Assembly: GCA_030428785.1 (NCBI GenBank)
Contig: JAUIEF010000005.1
Coordinates: 10,919 to 74,918 of the forward strand
Direction: 5' to 3'
Origin: a bacterium
GTDB lineage: Bacteria; Planctomycetota; B15-G4
DNA: 64,000 nt
In this document: one piece after another, positions 53,056 through 62,644 of the stretch
Numbering within the stretch: the first letter of the stretch is position 1
Layout of the letters: each line of letters begins with the position of its first letter
Notes under the pieces: generated by a model
Told to the model about the DNA's origin: nothing
The model's input: only the letters and a program-made list of their open reading frames with translations
Databases searched by the model: none
Made by a program: the position numbers and the translations under genes

Positions 53056-53622
53056 CTAGCCGGCTGACGCGTCGGCGGCCTCGGGCTCGTCGACGGAGCG
53101 CATGTTCTCGTAGTCGCGGTCGTCCGCGGCCGGGTCGAACTGGAAGATGCCCGCCACGAAGTCGAGCACCTCGCCGACGCGCACCTCGAGGTCGATGCCG
53201 ATGAGCAGCATGAGCTGCGCGCGGAACGTCAGCAGGTCGAGGTCGAACTCGCCGGTCGCGGGCTGGAAGCCCATGCCGCCCTCGCCGAACGTCCAGCCGT
53301 AGTCACCGCTGTAGTAGTCGAGCGGCGGGCCGATCTCCTCCTCGTGGTGGCCGACGAGCAGGCCCCAGCTCCGGATGGACTCGCGCCACGCGCCGACGGC
53401 CCGGTTGTGCCAGCCCCACGCGAAGGTGTTGTGCGTGTACGCGCCGCCCAGGTGCAGCAGGCGGGTGGCCTCGGCCTTGACGGCGATGCCCGGCCCGAAC
53501 ATGAGGTGGACCCTCAGGATGTCCGAGAAGTCCGCCACGCGGTTCACGACGTAGTTGTCGCGGGTCGCGCAGGCGGGGAAGACGAGCAGGGACGTCAGGA
53601 GGCAGGCTGCGAGGGCTCTCAT
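53056..53622 (-). CDS. Hypothetical lipoprotein
   Basis: MRALAACLLTSLLVFPAC lipobox; coding-like codon usage. Confidence 0.65.
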   Translation of the reverse strand: MRALAACLLTSLLVFPACATRDNYVVNRVADFSDILRVHLMFGPGIAVKAEATRLLHLGGAYTHNTFAWGWHNRAVGAWRESIRSWGLLVGHHEEEIGPPLDYYSGDYGWTFGEGGMGFQPATGEFDLDLLTFRAQLMLLIGIDLEVRVGEVLDFVAGIFQFDPAADDRDYENMRSVDEPEAADASAG

Positions 53623-53932
53623 GGAGGCTTCTCTACGTGGGTGGTCCGAACCGGCGTCGGGAGTCTTCTGTAACAACCCGCCGGGGGCGAACCAACCGCG
53701 AGCCCTCCGCCGCCGCGCGGCCGCCGAGCCGCCGCGGACGACGCATGCGCGACCAACCATGTGACGGAGCGGGGCGCCGGCCGTCGGGCCCTCGCGGGAG
53801 CCTCCGCGGAGGCGGGGTTTTCCTCACAAACCTCGCGGTTCGGCCGGTTCCGGCCGTTATTCTCCGCCTTCGGTTGCCCCCGGGGCCGCCAGCGTCCACG
53901 TGAGTTCTCGTCCGAGTCCGAAGGAGAGCGAG

Positions 53933-54115
53933 ATGTCCGACAAGGAAAGCTTCATCATCGGCAGCAAGGTCAAGGCGATGCTGAAGGCGAAGGGTCTGAT
54001 GTGCTCCGGCGAGCTGCCGGACGCCGTGTCCGCCAAGGTCCGCGAGATGCTCGAGGCCGCCTGCGAGCGCACGACGGCCAACAAGCGCTCGACGGTCCGT
54101 CCGCACGACCTGTAG
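53933..54115 (+). CDS. Bacterial histone-fold protein (60 aa, single histone fold)
   Basis: MSDKESFIIGSKVKAMLKAKGLMCSGELPDAVSAKVREMLEAACERTTANKRSTVRPHDL; RBS aaggag; alpha1-alpha2-alpha3 pattern with R-x-T-V-x-x-x-D histone signature. Confidence 0.88.
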   Translation: MSDKESFIIGSKVKAMLKAKGLMCSGELPDAVSAKVREMLEAACERTTANKRSTVRPHDL

Positions 54116-54126
54116 GCCCCTGCCGG

Positions 54127-54212
54127 CCGCGCGTCGCCGCTCGACGCGCGGCGTTCCCCGGAGACGGGGGCGAACCCCGGGCGGGGGATCGATCGACGAG
54201 CCCCCGCCCGGG
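54127..54212 (+). terminator. Two strong hairpins immediately after the histone gene
   Basis: ccgcgcgtcg / cgacgcgcgg (54127-54151) and cccgggcggggg / cccccgcccggg (54176-54212). Confidence 0.5.
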
Positions 54213-54222
54213 CACGCGCCGG

Positions 54223-55275
54223 ATGTCCGAACCCCGTTTCCTCTTCTCGCCCGTCGACGCCGATCCGGCGCGCACGCTCTACGTCGACGGCACCGAGGCG
54301 GGTTTCCGGAACCTCAGTCACTGGCCCGGGAACAGCACGCCTCCCCCGCTCAAGCGCGACCTGAGCACCGGCATCGCGCTCGCCTGGGCCGCGCTCGCGC
54401 CGCAGGAGCGGGAACGCGTTCTCGGTCCGTTCGACCGGGTGGCCAACAACCACTACGACACGGACGGCGTGCTCTCGTGCTGGGTCGCGACGGCGCCCGA
54501 CCGGATCGCGGCCGTGGGGGCGTCCGAAGGCGAGACGGCCGAGACCCTGCGCCGGGCGGCCGCCACGGGTGACTTCGGCACCTGGAACGGCCCCGACGCC
54601 CTGGCCCTCGAGCTCACGCTCATGGCGTTGCCGGACCACCCGGGGTCGCCGGTGCCGCGGGGCGCTCCGGACGGCCCGACGGAGGCCGCCGACGCCCGTC
54701 GCAAGGCGGACTGCTACCGCTGGGCGTTCCAGCACCTCCCGACCCTGCTCGAGGACCCGTTCCGGCACGCGGTCCTCTGGCGACCGCGGTTCGACGCGAT
54801 CTGCGCGGACGTCGAGCGCGTGGAGCGCGGCGAGGACCTCGAGGTGGACGACTTCCCCGCCGAGGACCTCGCCGTCGTCCGCGCGCCGCGGGACCTCACC
54901 CGCATCGGGCTGCACCACGCCGCCGGAGACCGGAGCCGCGTGCTCCTCGTGTGGACGGACGGCGCCGGGACGCGTTACCGGTTCCTCGACCGCGTCGAGT
55001 CGTGGTTCGAGCTCGTGAGCCGGGACGTCCCGGCGCGCGTGCCGCTCACGACGCTCGTCGACGCGCTGCGCCGGCGCGAGGGCGCGGCCGCGGGCGACCC
55101 CGTGACCTGGTGGCGCACGCCGCTCACCGTGCCCGTGGCGCAGCTCGGGTTCTCCGACCCGGCCGCCGCGGGCGACGGGTTCTCGGACGACCCCGGAGTC
55201 GACGGCTTCCCGCCGAGCCGTCTGCCCGAGCCGGAGGTCGTGGCGATGCTGCGCGAGGCGCTCGCCGCCGGCTGA
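54223..55275 (+). CDS. Uncharacterised protein (DUF6687-like, possible DHH-related phosphoesterase)
   Basis: VDG...LSHWPGNSTP, NNHYDTDGVLS, AATGDF; family name recalled, not searched. Confidence 0.6.
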   Translation: MSEPRFLFSPVDADPARTLYVDGTEAGFRNLSHWPGNSTPPPLKRDLSTGIALAWAALAPQERERVLGPFDRVANNHYDTDGVLSCWVATAPDRIAAVGASEGETAETLRRAAATGDFGTWNGPDALALELTLMALPDHPGSPVPRGAPDGPTEAADARRKADCYRWAFQHLPTLLEDPFRHAVLWRPRFDAICADVERVERGEDLEVDDFPAEDLAVVRAPRDLTRIGLHHAAGDRSRVLLVWTDGAGTRYRFLDRVESWFELVSRDVPARVPLTTLVDALRRREGAAAGDPVTWWRTPLTVPVAQLGFSDPAAAGDGFSDDPGVDGFPPSRLPEPEVVAMLREALAAG

Positions 55276-55284
55276 GCCGCCGCC

Positions 55285-55611
55285 TCAGAACGGGAGCGTG
55301 CCGCCGGCCTCGCCGGCGTCGTCGTCGTACTCCTCGTCCTCGACGAGCTCCGGGTCCTCGTCGTCCGGGTCCGCGTGCGTCGGAGCCTGGGAGTCGGCGG
55401 CCAGCTCGGCGACGACCTCCTTGACCTCGTGACGCGCGGCGGCGAGGCGCTCGCGGCACAGTCGGATGAGCTCGCTCGCCTCCTTGATGCGGGCGGCGAG
55501 CTGGTCCACGTCGTCGGCCTCGCGCTCGAGCGCCTCGAGGATCTCGTCGAGACGCGCGCGCGCCTCGGCGAAGGTGGGCTCGGACTTGCGGGCGGCCTTC
55601 TTGGCGGGCAT
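55285..55611 (-). CDS. xseB: Exodeoxyribonuclease VII small subunit
   Basis: TFAEARARLDEILEALE...LIRLCRERL; directly downstream of xseA. Confidence 0.9.
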   Translation of the reverse strand: MPAKKAARKSEPTFAEARARLDEILEALEREADDVDQLAARIKEASELIRLCRERLAAARHEVKEVVAELAADSQAPTHADPDDEDPELVEDEEYDDDAGEAGGTLPF

Positions 55612-55657
55612 GGCGGGATTCCGGGGTCGGGTCGTCGTCGTGTGCGGGGCGGGCGGT

Positions 55658-57172
55658 TCAGTCCGCCGGCGGGACGTCGCCGGCGGGCGGGTCATCGGAC
55701 GCCGCGGCGTCGGTCGGCCGCGCGGCGGTCACGCGGACGTCGAGCTCGCCGTCGCGGAGGACCGCGGTGAGGGCCTGATCGGGCGCGGCCGTCGCCGCGT
55801 CCATGAGGATGCGGCCGTCGTCGCGACGCAGGTAGGCGTAGCCGCGGGCGAGCACCGACCGCGGGTCGAGCAGGCGCAGCCGCTCGCCGAGCGCGTCGAG
55901 CGCGGCGTCGGCGCGGGACAGGTTCACGTCGGCGCGCGTCGCGAGGCGTTGCGCGTCGGCCGCGAGCGCGCCCTCGCGTCGGCCGAGGTGCTCGACGTGC
56001 GCGCCGCTCACGAGGCGGGAGCGGCCGCGGTCGACGGCCTCCTGCGCCGCGGTCAGGGCGGCGGCGCCGCGGTCGAGGACCTCCCGCCAGCACGCGGCGA
56101 GCGACACGTCGGCGTCGCGCAGCGCGGAGAGCCCACCCTGCCGCAGGTCGCGGCCCGCGCGCTCGAGCCAGACCCGCTGGTCGTGGAGCGTGCGCCGCAC
56201 GTGGTCGAGCAGGTCGACGCGCGCGCCCTCGAGCTCGTCGGCGGCCTGCCGCACGCGCGCCACGACGAACTCGGCGGCGGCCGTCGGCGTGCGGCACGCG
56301 GTGTTCGCCATGGCGTCGGAGACCGACGTGTCGATCTCGTGGCCGAGGCCCGTGAGCACCGGCACCGGGCAGGTCGCGACCGCGCGCGCGATCTCCTCGC
56401 GGTCGAACCACGAGAGGTCGAGCCGCGAGCCGCCGCCGCGCACGAGGAGCACGGCGTCCAGCCCGCGGCGACCGAGCGTCGCGAGCGCGGCGCACACGGA
56501 CGGCGTCGTCTCGGCGCCCTGCGTGCGCGCGTCGCAGAACAGCACGCGGATGCCGAGCCCCGACTGCTCGAGCGTCTTCATGACGTCCTGGTGCGCGGCG
56601 CTCCCGCGCGACGTCACGAGGCCGACGGTGAGCGGCACGTCCGGCAGGACGAGCGCCTTGTTCCAGTGGTGCGCGCCCTCGCCCTGGAGGCGCGCGAGCA
56701 CCTCGCGGCGCTGCGCGTCGAGGATGCCGAGCGTGTGCTCGGGGTCGATGTCCTCGATGGTGAAGCTCAGCTGTCCGCGCGGCGCGTAGAAGTCCGGCTT
56801 CACGAGCGCGCGCAGGACGAGGCCGTCGGCGGGCTCGAGCCGCGTCCGCAGCCGGCCGCGCCGACCGAAGAGCTTCTCCACCGTGCCCTGCCACATCTTC
56901 ACGGAGAGCGAGGCGCGGCGGTCGCCCTTCGCCTGGTCGTCGACGAGCTCGAAGTACCAGTGGCGGCCCGAGCGTCGGTTGGCGGCGGCGGCGCGCGCGC
57001 GGTCCCACCCGACGGCCTCGCCGACGAGCCAGAACGGACGCGGGAAGCCGCGCCTCAGGAGGCCCTGGATGCGCTCGCCGACCTGCGGGACGGTGAGGGT
57101 CTCCTCGTCCTCGCCGCGGTCCGTCGGCGCGGCCGTATCCCAGGCGAGGTCCCAGTCATCGGAGGCGGCCAT
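55658..57172 (-). CDS. xseA: Exodeoxyribonuclease VII large subunit
   Basis: LTVPQV, GRHWYFEL, VGLVTSRGSAAHQD, VRGGGS, PVLTGLGHEID, TPTAAAE; TACAAT 7 nt before the ATG. Confidence 0.95.
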   Translation of the reverse strand: MAASDDWDLAWDTAAPTDRGEDEETLTVPQVGERIQGLLRRGFPRPFWLVGEAVGWDRARAAAANRRSGRHWYFELVDDQAKGDRRASLSVKMWQGTVEKLFGRRGRLRTRLEPADGLVLRALVKPDFYAPRGQLSFTIEDIDPEHTLGILDAQRREVLARLQGEGAHHWNKALVLPDVPLTVGLVTSRGSAAHQDVMKTLEQSGLGIRVLFCDARTQGAETTPSVCAALATLGRRGLDAVLLVRGGGSRLDLSWFDREEIARAVATCPVPVLTGLGHEIDTSVSDAMANTACRTPTAAAEFVVARVRQAADELEGARVDLLDHVRRTLHDQRVWLERAGRDLRQGGLSALRDADVSLAACWREVLDRGAAALTAAQEAVDRGRSRLVSGAHVEHLGRREGALAADAQRLATRADVNLSRADAALDALGERLRLLDPRSVLARGYAYLRRDDGRILMDAATAAPDQALTAVLRDGELDVRVTAARPTDAAASDDPPAGDVPPAD

Positions 57173-57267
57173 CCGGGCCATTGTAGCCGGGTCGTGTCGC
57201 ACCGAACGACCGTGCTACCATCCCGCCCCTTTCGCAACGACGCACCACGAGACGGAGTCCTCGGAGC

Positions 57268-58194
57268 ATGTCGCACAAGGTCGTGATCATCGGTTCGGGC
57301 CCCGCCGGCTACACAGCCGCGCTCTACACCTCGCGCGCCGACCTCGCCCCCGTCCTCTACGAGGGACTCCAGCCGGGCGGCCAGCTCACGATCACCACGG
57401 ACGTCGAGAACTTCCCGGGCTTCCCGGAAGGCGTCATCGGCCCCGACCTCATGGAGCGCATGAAGAGCCAGGCCGCGCGCTTCGGGACGGACATCCGCCA
57501 GGGGTACATCCAAAAGGTGGACTTCAGCAAGCGCCCGTTCGTGCTCAACGACGGCAAGGAGGACCTCGAGGCGGACGCGGTCATCGTGTCCACGGGCGCG
57601 ACGGCGAAGCTGCTCGGCATCCCGGGCGAGGACCACCTCATGGGCTACGGCGTCTCCGCCTGCGCGACCTGCGACGCGGCCTTCTTCCGGGACGTGCACG
57701 TCGCGGTCATCGGCGGCGGCGACAGCGCCATGGAGGAGGCCAACTACCTCACCAAGTTCGCGAGCAAGGTGACGATCATCCACCGCCGCGAGGAGTTCCG
57801 CGCCAGCCAGATCATGCTCAAGCGCGCGCAGGACAACGAGAAGATCGAGTTCGTGCTGAACACGGTCGTCGACGAGATGCTGACGCACGACGACAAGCGC
57901 CGTCTCCGCGCGCTCAAGCTGCGCAACACCCAGTCGGACGAGGTGAGCGAGATGCCCGTCGACGGCGCGTTCGTCGCCATCGGGCACAAGCCGAACACCG
58001 AGATGTTCGCGGGCCAGCTCGACATGCACGACACCGGCTACCTCAAGGTGCACGACGGCACGCACACGAGCGTCGAGGGCGTGTTCGCCGCCGGCGACGT
58101 GGCCGACGCCGAGTACCGCCAGGCGATCACCGCCGCGGGCACCGGCTGCATGGCGGCGCTCGACGCGGAGCGCTGGCTCGCCGAGCAGGAGTGA
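57268..58194 (+). CDS. trxB: Thioredoxin-disulfide reductase
   Basis: [36 protein letters not shown]; extended -10 TGcTACCAT at 57213-57221. Confidence 0.97.
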   Translation: MSHKVVIIGSGPAGYTAALYTSRADLAPVLYEGLQPGGQLTITTDVENFPGFPEGVIGPDLMERMKSQAARFGTDIRQGYIQKVDFSKRPFVLNDGKEDLEADAVIVSTGATAKLLGIPGEDHLMGYGVSACATCDAAFFRDVHVAVIGGGDSAMEEANYLTKFASKVTIIHRREEFRASQIMLKRAQDNEKIEFVLNTVVDEMLTHDDKRRLRALKLRNTQSDEVSEMPVDGAFVAIGHKPNTEMFAGQLDMHDTGYLKVHDGTHTSVEGVFAAGDVADAEYRQAITAAGTGCMAALDAERWLAEQE

Positions 58195-58284
58195 CGCGGA
58201 GGGCGGACCCCGGCGCGGGACGGGTCGTCTCGCGCCGGATCGCGGCGCCGGCCCGGACTCCCGGGACCCGCGGCGCCGCGCGCC

Positions 58285-59181
58285 TCAGACGAGCGGCGGC
58301 ATGAGGGTCAGGCGGTACGCGCCGACCTCCTGGAAGCCCACCTTCTCGTAGGCGCGCCGGGCGGCCTTGTTCCGCTCGTCGACGTGGAGCGCGATGAACG
58401 GCAGCTCCTCGCGGCCGAGCAGGTCGCGGCAGAGCGTCCAGAGCGCGCGGGTCGCGATGCCCTCGCGGCGCAGGTCCTTGGGCGTGTAGACGCCCTCGAG
58501 GAGCCCGCCCTCGGCGCCCGAGACGGCCATGTCGGCCTTGAAGACGGGGCGGCCCTCGGCGTCGCGGCAGAGGTAGGCGCGGCCCTCGACGACCTTCTCG
58601 GTCATGCGCAGGCGGTAGTGGCGGCGGTCGATGGCCGCGTCCTCGAGCTTGAGGTCCTCGGCGACCATCGCGCAGGCCAGGTCCGTGAGCTCGTCGATCG
58701 AGTCGAGGCTCGCCTGCTCCATGTCGATCTCCTTGATGCCCTTCTTGGCGATCGTCGAGGAGTCGATGGTGTAGTAGGTCTGCTTCCGGTCGAGCACCGG
58801 CTTGCGGCCGCTCTTCTTCTTGTACTTGGAGAGGAACTCGCGGCCGGCGTTGAACTCGCTCACCACGATGCCGAACAGGTACCCGGCCTCGAGGATCGGC
58901 TCCACGAACTCGGCGGCGACCCAGGGCTCGTCGACGCTCAGGACGAGCGTCCCCGTGTTCCCGATGAAGAGCAGGCCGCGGAGCGACTGGTCCTCGTCGT
59001 AGGCGCCCAGGAAGCGCCCGTGGGAGGGGTGCCGGGTGTCCGTCATGCCCCCGCGCTGGATGCGGGAGATGAGGAAGACGTTCTCGCGGGGGTCACCCCG
59101 CAGGAACGCCAGGGCGACGGCCGCGGGGACCTTCTCGGTCACGCGGAGCGAATGGGCGGCTTTGGTTGCGCTGATGGCCAT
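58285..59181 (-). CDS. GNAT family acetyltransferase (DUF4081-type N-terminus)
   Basis: GVYTPKDLRREGIAT acetyl-CoA motif, NKAARRAYEKVGF. Confidence 0.8.
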   Translation of the reverse strand: MAISATKAAHSLRVTEKVPAAVALAFLRGDPRENVFLISRIQRGGMTDTRHPSHGRFLGAYDEDQSLRGLLFIGNTGTLVLSVDEPWVAAEFVEPILEAGYLFGIVVSEFNAGREFLSKYKKKSGRKPVLDRKQTYYTIDSSTIAKKGIKEIDMEQASLDSIDELTDLACAMVAEDLKLEDAAIDRRHYRLRMTEKVVEGRAYLCRDAEGRPVFKADMAVSGAEGGLLEGVYTPKDLRREGIATRALWTLCRDLLGREELPFIALHVDERNKAARRAYEKVGFQEVGAYRLTLMPPLV

Positions 59182-59584
59182 GACGGTTTCCCCCCGCGAG
59201 AAGCCCGTGGGCTGGCTGCAGGGGCGCAGTGTATCCCAATGTCAAGAGACCGGTGGCTCTTCCCGGGAAGGAACGCGCCGGGGCCACGGCCGGTTCGTCG
59301 CGAGGAGGGCGGAACCTGCGTTCCGCACCGGATCCCGCACCGATCCGCGACGCGAGGACTCGCGTCGTGCCGTCACCCGCCACGCAATTCCCGGGGCGAG
59401 ATCAAACCCGTACGGGATAAGCCGAGCGACCCCGATTGGCAAGCCCGGGTTCCCAAAAAGGCGATTCGCGGCCGTCCGCGCCGCGAACGGGCCATCGGTC
59501 GTGCGCGAGGACGCCGCCGATCGCGTCGCGTCACGCGCCTCCCCGGCGCTCGGCGCGCCGCGTCGCCCCGGGGTCGAGCCCGGA

Positions 59585-61930
59585 TCAGGCGCGCACGGCC
59601 TCGCCCGAGCGGCCGCCGAGCAGGGCCGCCATCCGGCGCCGGCGGTCGTCGGCCTCGTCGACGAACCGCTGGATGCCGGCCCGCAGGCTCGCCGGGTCGA
59701 GGTGCGCCTCGGCCACGATCTGGTCCACCGAGCCGCCCGTCCGCCAGCGGTCGTCCCAGTCGGGCGAGACGACGTAGTCGCGCGCGACGGCGTGCGGGAT
59801 CCAGTTGCCCATGAGGCGGGCCGCGGTGTTCGTGACGACCATCGACTCCGCCCACTCGGCGTCCGGGAGCACCCGGTCGCGCCAGGCCTTCGGCTGCCGG
59901 CGGAAGAGCGCGTGGCTGACGGCCGCGACGACCTTGACGTTGGGGCCGCCGTCGTCGAGCCAGGGCAGCACCTCCATCATGCTGGCCGTCGTCGACGTGC
60001 CGCGCACGATGACGGTGCCCTCCGGCGGACGGCCGGGGTCGAACGGGCGGATGACGTAGGCGCCCTTGGCCGCCTCCTGGTGGCCGTCCATGCCCAGCGC
60101 CTCGCGGTCCGGGATCGTGATCGGCGGGCGCGTCAGGTGCAGCACGATGATCGGGATGCCGGAGCCCAGCGCCGCCGCGAGCACGACCGGCACCTCGTTG
60201 GCCTCCCACGGGTGGAGGTTCACGACGTGGCCCGTCGGGAAGAGCGACGTGACGCCCGGGCTGAAGATGCCGAAGTGCGTGCGGCTGTCCTCGGCGGTCT
60301 CCGGACCGCTGTGCCCCGCGACCCAGATGACCTTGCCCAGCTTGATCTGGCTGTCCTGGCACATCTGGCTGAACAGCCGCATGAGGCCGTACTTGAGGTA
60401 GCTGAACGAGCCGTAGGTCGAGCAGCCCGCGTTGTACCCGCGGAACTCCTCGAAGGGCTTCGTCGAGAAGTTCACCGACGCGATGCCGCAGCACAGGCCT
60501 GCGTTCGTGAACTCGGTGATCTCCTGCGGCAGGACGGCGCCGCCCCGGTTGCTCGAGCGCTCGAACCAGCCGTAGCCGGCGAAGTCCTTCCACGGCTTGC
60601 CGAAGCCGGCGATGTTCGTGCTCTCCGCGAGATCCGCGGCGCACACGAGGAAGAGCGGACGCCCGTAGGTGTCGTGGCCGACGGCGTTCGCGTACGCGCC
60701 GAAGCGCGCGAAGCCCGCGCGGTTCGGCGCCTTGGCCCCCGGCTCCACGAAGAGCTCGTCGGGGAGCTCCGCCGGGTCGTTGAGCGCGGGGTCCTCGGTC
60801 GGGTCGGCGGAGAGGTCCCAGGTGAAGCCGGGCACCGTGTCCGGGACGGACTCGCCGAGCTCCGTGAGCCGGTCCGTGAGCAGCTCGAGCGTGGCCTCGT
60901 CGTCGAGCAGGGCCGACAGCGCGCGCTGCATGTTGTCGCGGGTCTGCGCGACACGGTCCTCGCGGGAGGCCGGCGGCTCGGCGCCGCGGCCGTCGAAGTC
61001 GACGCCGTAGGTCTCGCGGAACGCGTCGCGCGCCGCCCAGAAGGCCGCGTCGTTGTACTTGTGCGGCGAGCCGTGCGACGCGTTGTCGTACTTGCCGTAG
61101 CCGCGACCCTTGCGCGTGCGGAACCACACGCAGGCCGGCGTGTCGGCGTCGCGATCGGCGAGCACCTCGTGGAACGCCTCGACGAGGTGGCCGAAACCCG
61201 AGCCGTCCTCCGCGCCGGCGACGCGCCAGCCGTACGGCTCGAACCACGACCGCGGCGTCCCGGGCACGACGCTGCTCACCCTCTGGTCGTCGATGCCGTA
61301 GTCGTTCCAGTCGAGCAGGTAGACGAGGTTGCCGAGGCCGAGGCCCCACGCCGTGTTCTTCACCTCGTGGTGCGCGCCCGCGGTGTGCCCGCCCTCGCCC
61401 TCCATCGCGAAGACGCGCACCTCGCCGGCGCCGGCGTGCCGGAGCGCCATCGCCTGACCGCACGCGAACGGGGCGCCGTGTCCGGACGGGCCGGTGTTCG
61501 CCTTGAAGAAGAGCGTCTTGCCCTCCATCTCCGCGTGACCCGGGAGGCCGCCGTTCTGTCGCAGCGTGAGCAGGTCGTCCGGCAGCAGCGTGAACTCCCG
61601 GCCGAGCGGCGCGGCGTAGCGGTCGTCACCGGTGCGCTCGTGCCGGACCCGGAGCGCCTCGTTGAAGACACCGAGCACCGCGTACACCACCGGGTTCACG
61701 TGACCCGCGACGAGCACGAAGCGGTCGGCGAAGCGCTTCTCCGGGTGCCCGATGTCCCAGCGCATGGCCCCCGACAGCATGAGGGTGACCATGGCGTGGA
61801 CCTTCGAGCGGCTGCCGCCCGGGTGACCGCTCTGGGAGAGGTTCAGCGTGAAGTCGAGGCACTGGTCGACCACGTCCTGGACCCGCGTCCACCGGGGGAT
61901 CTCGGACCGCAGCTGCTGGAGAGGGAGCAT
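59585..61930 (-). CDS. tkt: Transketolase-like ThDP-dependent enzyme (divergent)
   Basis: GHPGGS, PGHAE, TGPSGHG, GEGGHTAG, HGSPH, ADLAES, EDSRTH; 781 aa. Confidence 0.75.
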   Translation of the reverse strand: MLPLQQLRSEIPRWTRVQDVVDQCLDFTLNLSQSGHPGGSRSKVHAMVTLMLSGAMRWDIGHPEKRFADRFVLVAGHVNPVVYAVLGVFNEALRVRHERTGDDRYAAPLGREFTLLPDDLLTLRQNGGLPGHAEMEGKTLFFKANTGPSGHGAPFACGQAMALRHAGAGEVRVFAMEGEGGHTAGAHHEVKNTAWGLGLGNLVYLLDWNDYGIDDQRVSSVVPGTPRSWFEPYGWRVAGAEDGSGFGHLVEAFHEVLADRDADTPACVWFRTRKGRGYGKYDNASHGSPHKYNDAAFWAARDAFRETYGVDFDGRGAEPPASREDRVAQTRDNMQRALSALLDDEATLELLTDRLTELGESVPDTVPGFTWDLSADPTEDPALNDPAELPDELFVEPGAKAPNRAGFARFGAYANAVGHDTYGRPLFLVCAADLAESTNIAGFGKPWKDFAGYGWFERSSNRGGAVLPQEITEFTNAGLCCGIASVNFSTKPFEEFRGYNAGCSTYGSFSYLKYGLMRLFSQMCQDSQIKLGKVIWVAGHSGPETAEDSRTHFGIFSPGVTSLFPTGHVVNLHPWEANEVPVVLAAALGSGIPIIVLHLTRPPITIPDREALGMDGHQEAAKGAYVIRPFDPGRPPEGTVIVRGTSTTASMMEVLPWLDDGGPNVKVVAAVSHALFRRQPKAWRDRVLPDAEWAESMVVTNTAARLMGNWIPHAVARDYVVSPDWDDRWRTGGSVDQIVAEAHLDPASLRAGIQRFVDEADDRRRRMAALLGGRSGEAVRA

Positions 61931-61945
61931 GGTTCTAGGTTTCTG

Positions 61946-61974
61946 TTGAAGATGCGATGGGGCGCGGGATTATA
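61946..61974. promoter_or_regulatory. Overlapping divergent promoter elements for tkt and cvpA
   Basis: Perfect TATAAT on the minus strand (61974-61969) upstream of tkt; TTGAAG-16 nt-GATTAT on the plus strand upstream of cvpA. Confidence 0.5.
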
Positions 61975-62017
61975 GGGCCTGCGTTGCATGTCTCTCCATG
62001 CCCTCGGAGGCGTCCCC

Positions 62018-62575
62018 ATGGGCGCTGAGAACTCGCTCTTGGACATCGCGGCCATCGACATCATCTTCCTGGCCCTCGCCGTCATGGGCATCGTCATGGG
62101 CGTGATGCGCGGGCTGGGGCCGGTCTTCGGCATGCTCCTCTGGCTGCTCGTGAGCCTGTGGCTCGCCCAGCAGCTCACCCCCACGATCCTGGGCTGGATG
62201 CCGAACAGCCCGAGCGACGCGAGCTCCCAGCTCTCCGCGTTCGGGTTCATCTCCGGCGTGCTGCTCATCCTGCCCGCCATGGCCCGCCTGCTCGGCGGCG
62301 CCGGCGGCAAGAAGAAGAGCGACCCCGAGGCGCAGTACCGCCCGTTCGGCGTGCTCGTCGGGCTGCTCTGCGCGGTGCTCCTCTTCACCCTGCTCACGCC
62401 GTTCGTGCTGCGCATCGAGTGGGTGTCGGACAGCTACGGCAAGGGCCGCACGCCCGAGGTGGCCGTGCAGACCGCCGGCACCGCGAGCTGGTTCTTCCCC
62501 GAGCCGCACCGCGACGCGCTCGAGCAGTCCGGCGTGGGCTCGGCCCGTCAGGCGGGCGCGCGCGGACGCCGCTGA
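62018..62575 (+). CDS. CvpA family membrane protein
   Basis: DIIFLALAVMGIVMGVMRGL pattern, four TM segments; RBS ggagg. Confidence 0.7.
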   Translation: MGAENSLLDIAAIDIIFLALAVMGIVMGVMRGLGPVFGMLLWLLVSLWLAQQLTPTILGWMPNSPSDASSQLSAFGFISGVLLILPAMARLLGGAGGKKKSDPEAQYRPFGVLVGLLCAVLLFTLLTPFVLRIEWVSDSYGKGRTPEVAVQTAGTASWFFPEPHRDALEQSGVGSARQAGARGRR

Positions 62576-62644
62576 GGCGGCGTCACTCAGGACGCGTCGT
62601 CGAGGTCCCGATGCCGGAGGTCCCGGTCCCGGGCCGCCGCCCGA

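Noticed and set aside
57268-58194. trxB or the peroxidase as additional selenoproteins
   Set aside because: Both have uninterrupted frames with Cys codons at their motifs; no other in-frame TGA at a catalytic position was noticed.
59228-59245. TTGACA and TACACT on the minus strand as one sigma70 promoter
   Set aside because: Spacer is only 6 nt, so they cannot form a single promoter.
59242-59442. 66-aa TTG-started ORF in the tkt-GNAT intergenic region
   Set aside because: No RBS, atypical codon usage, no motif; overlaps promoter-like elements.
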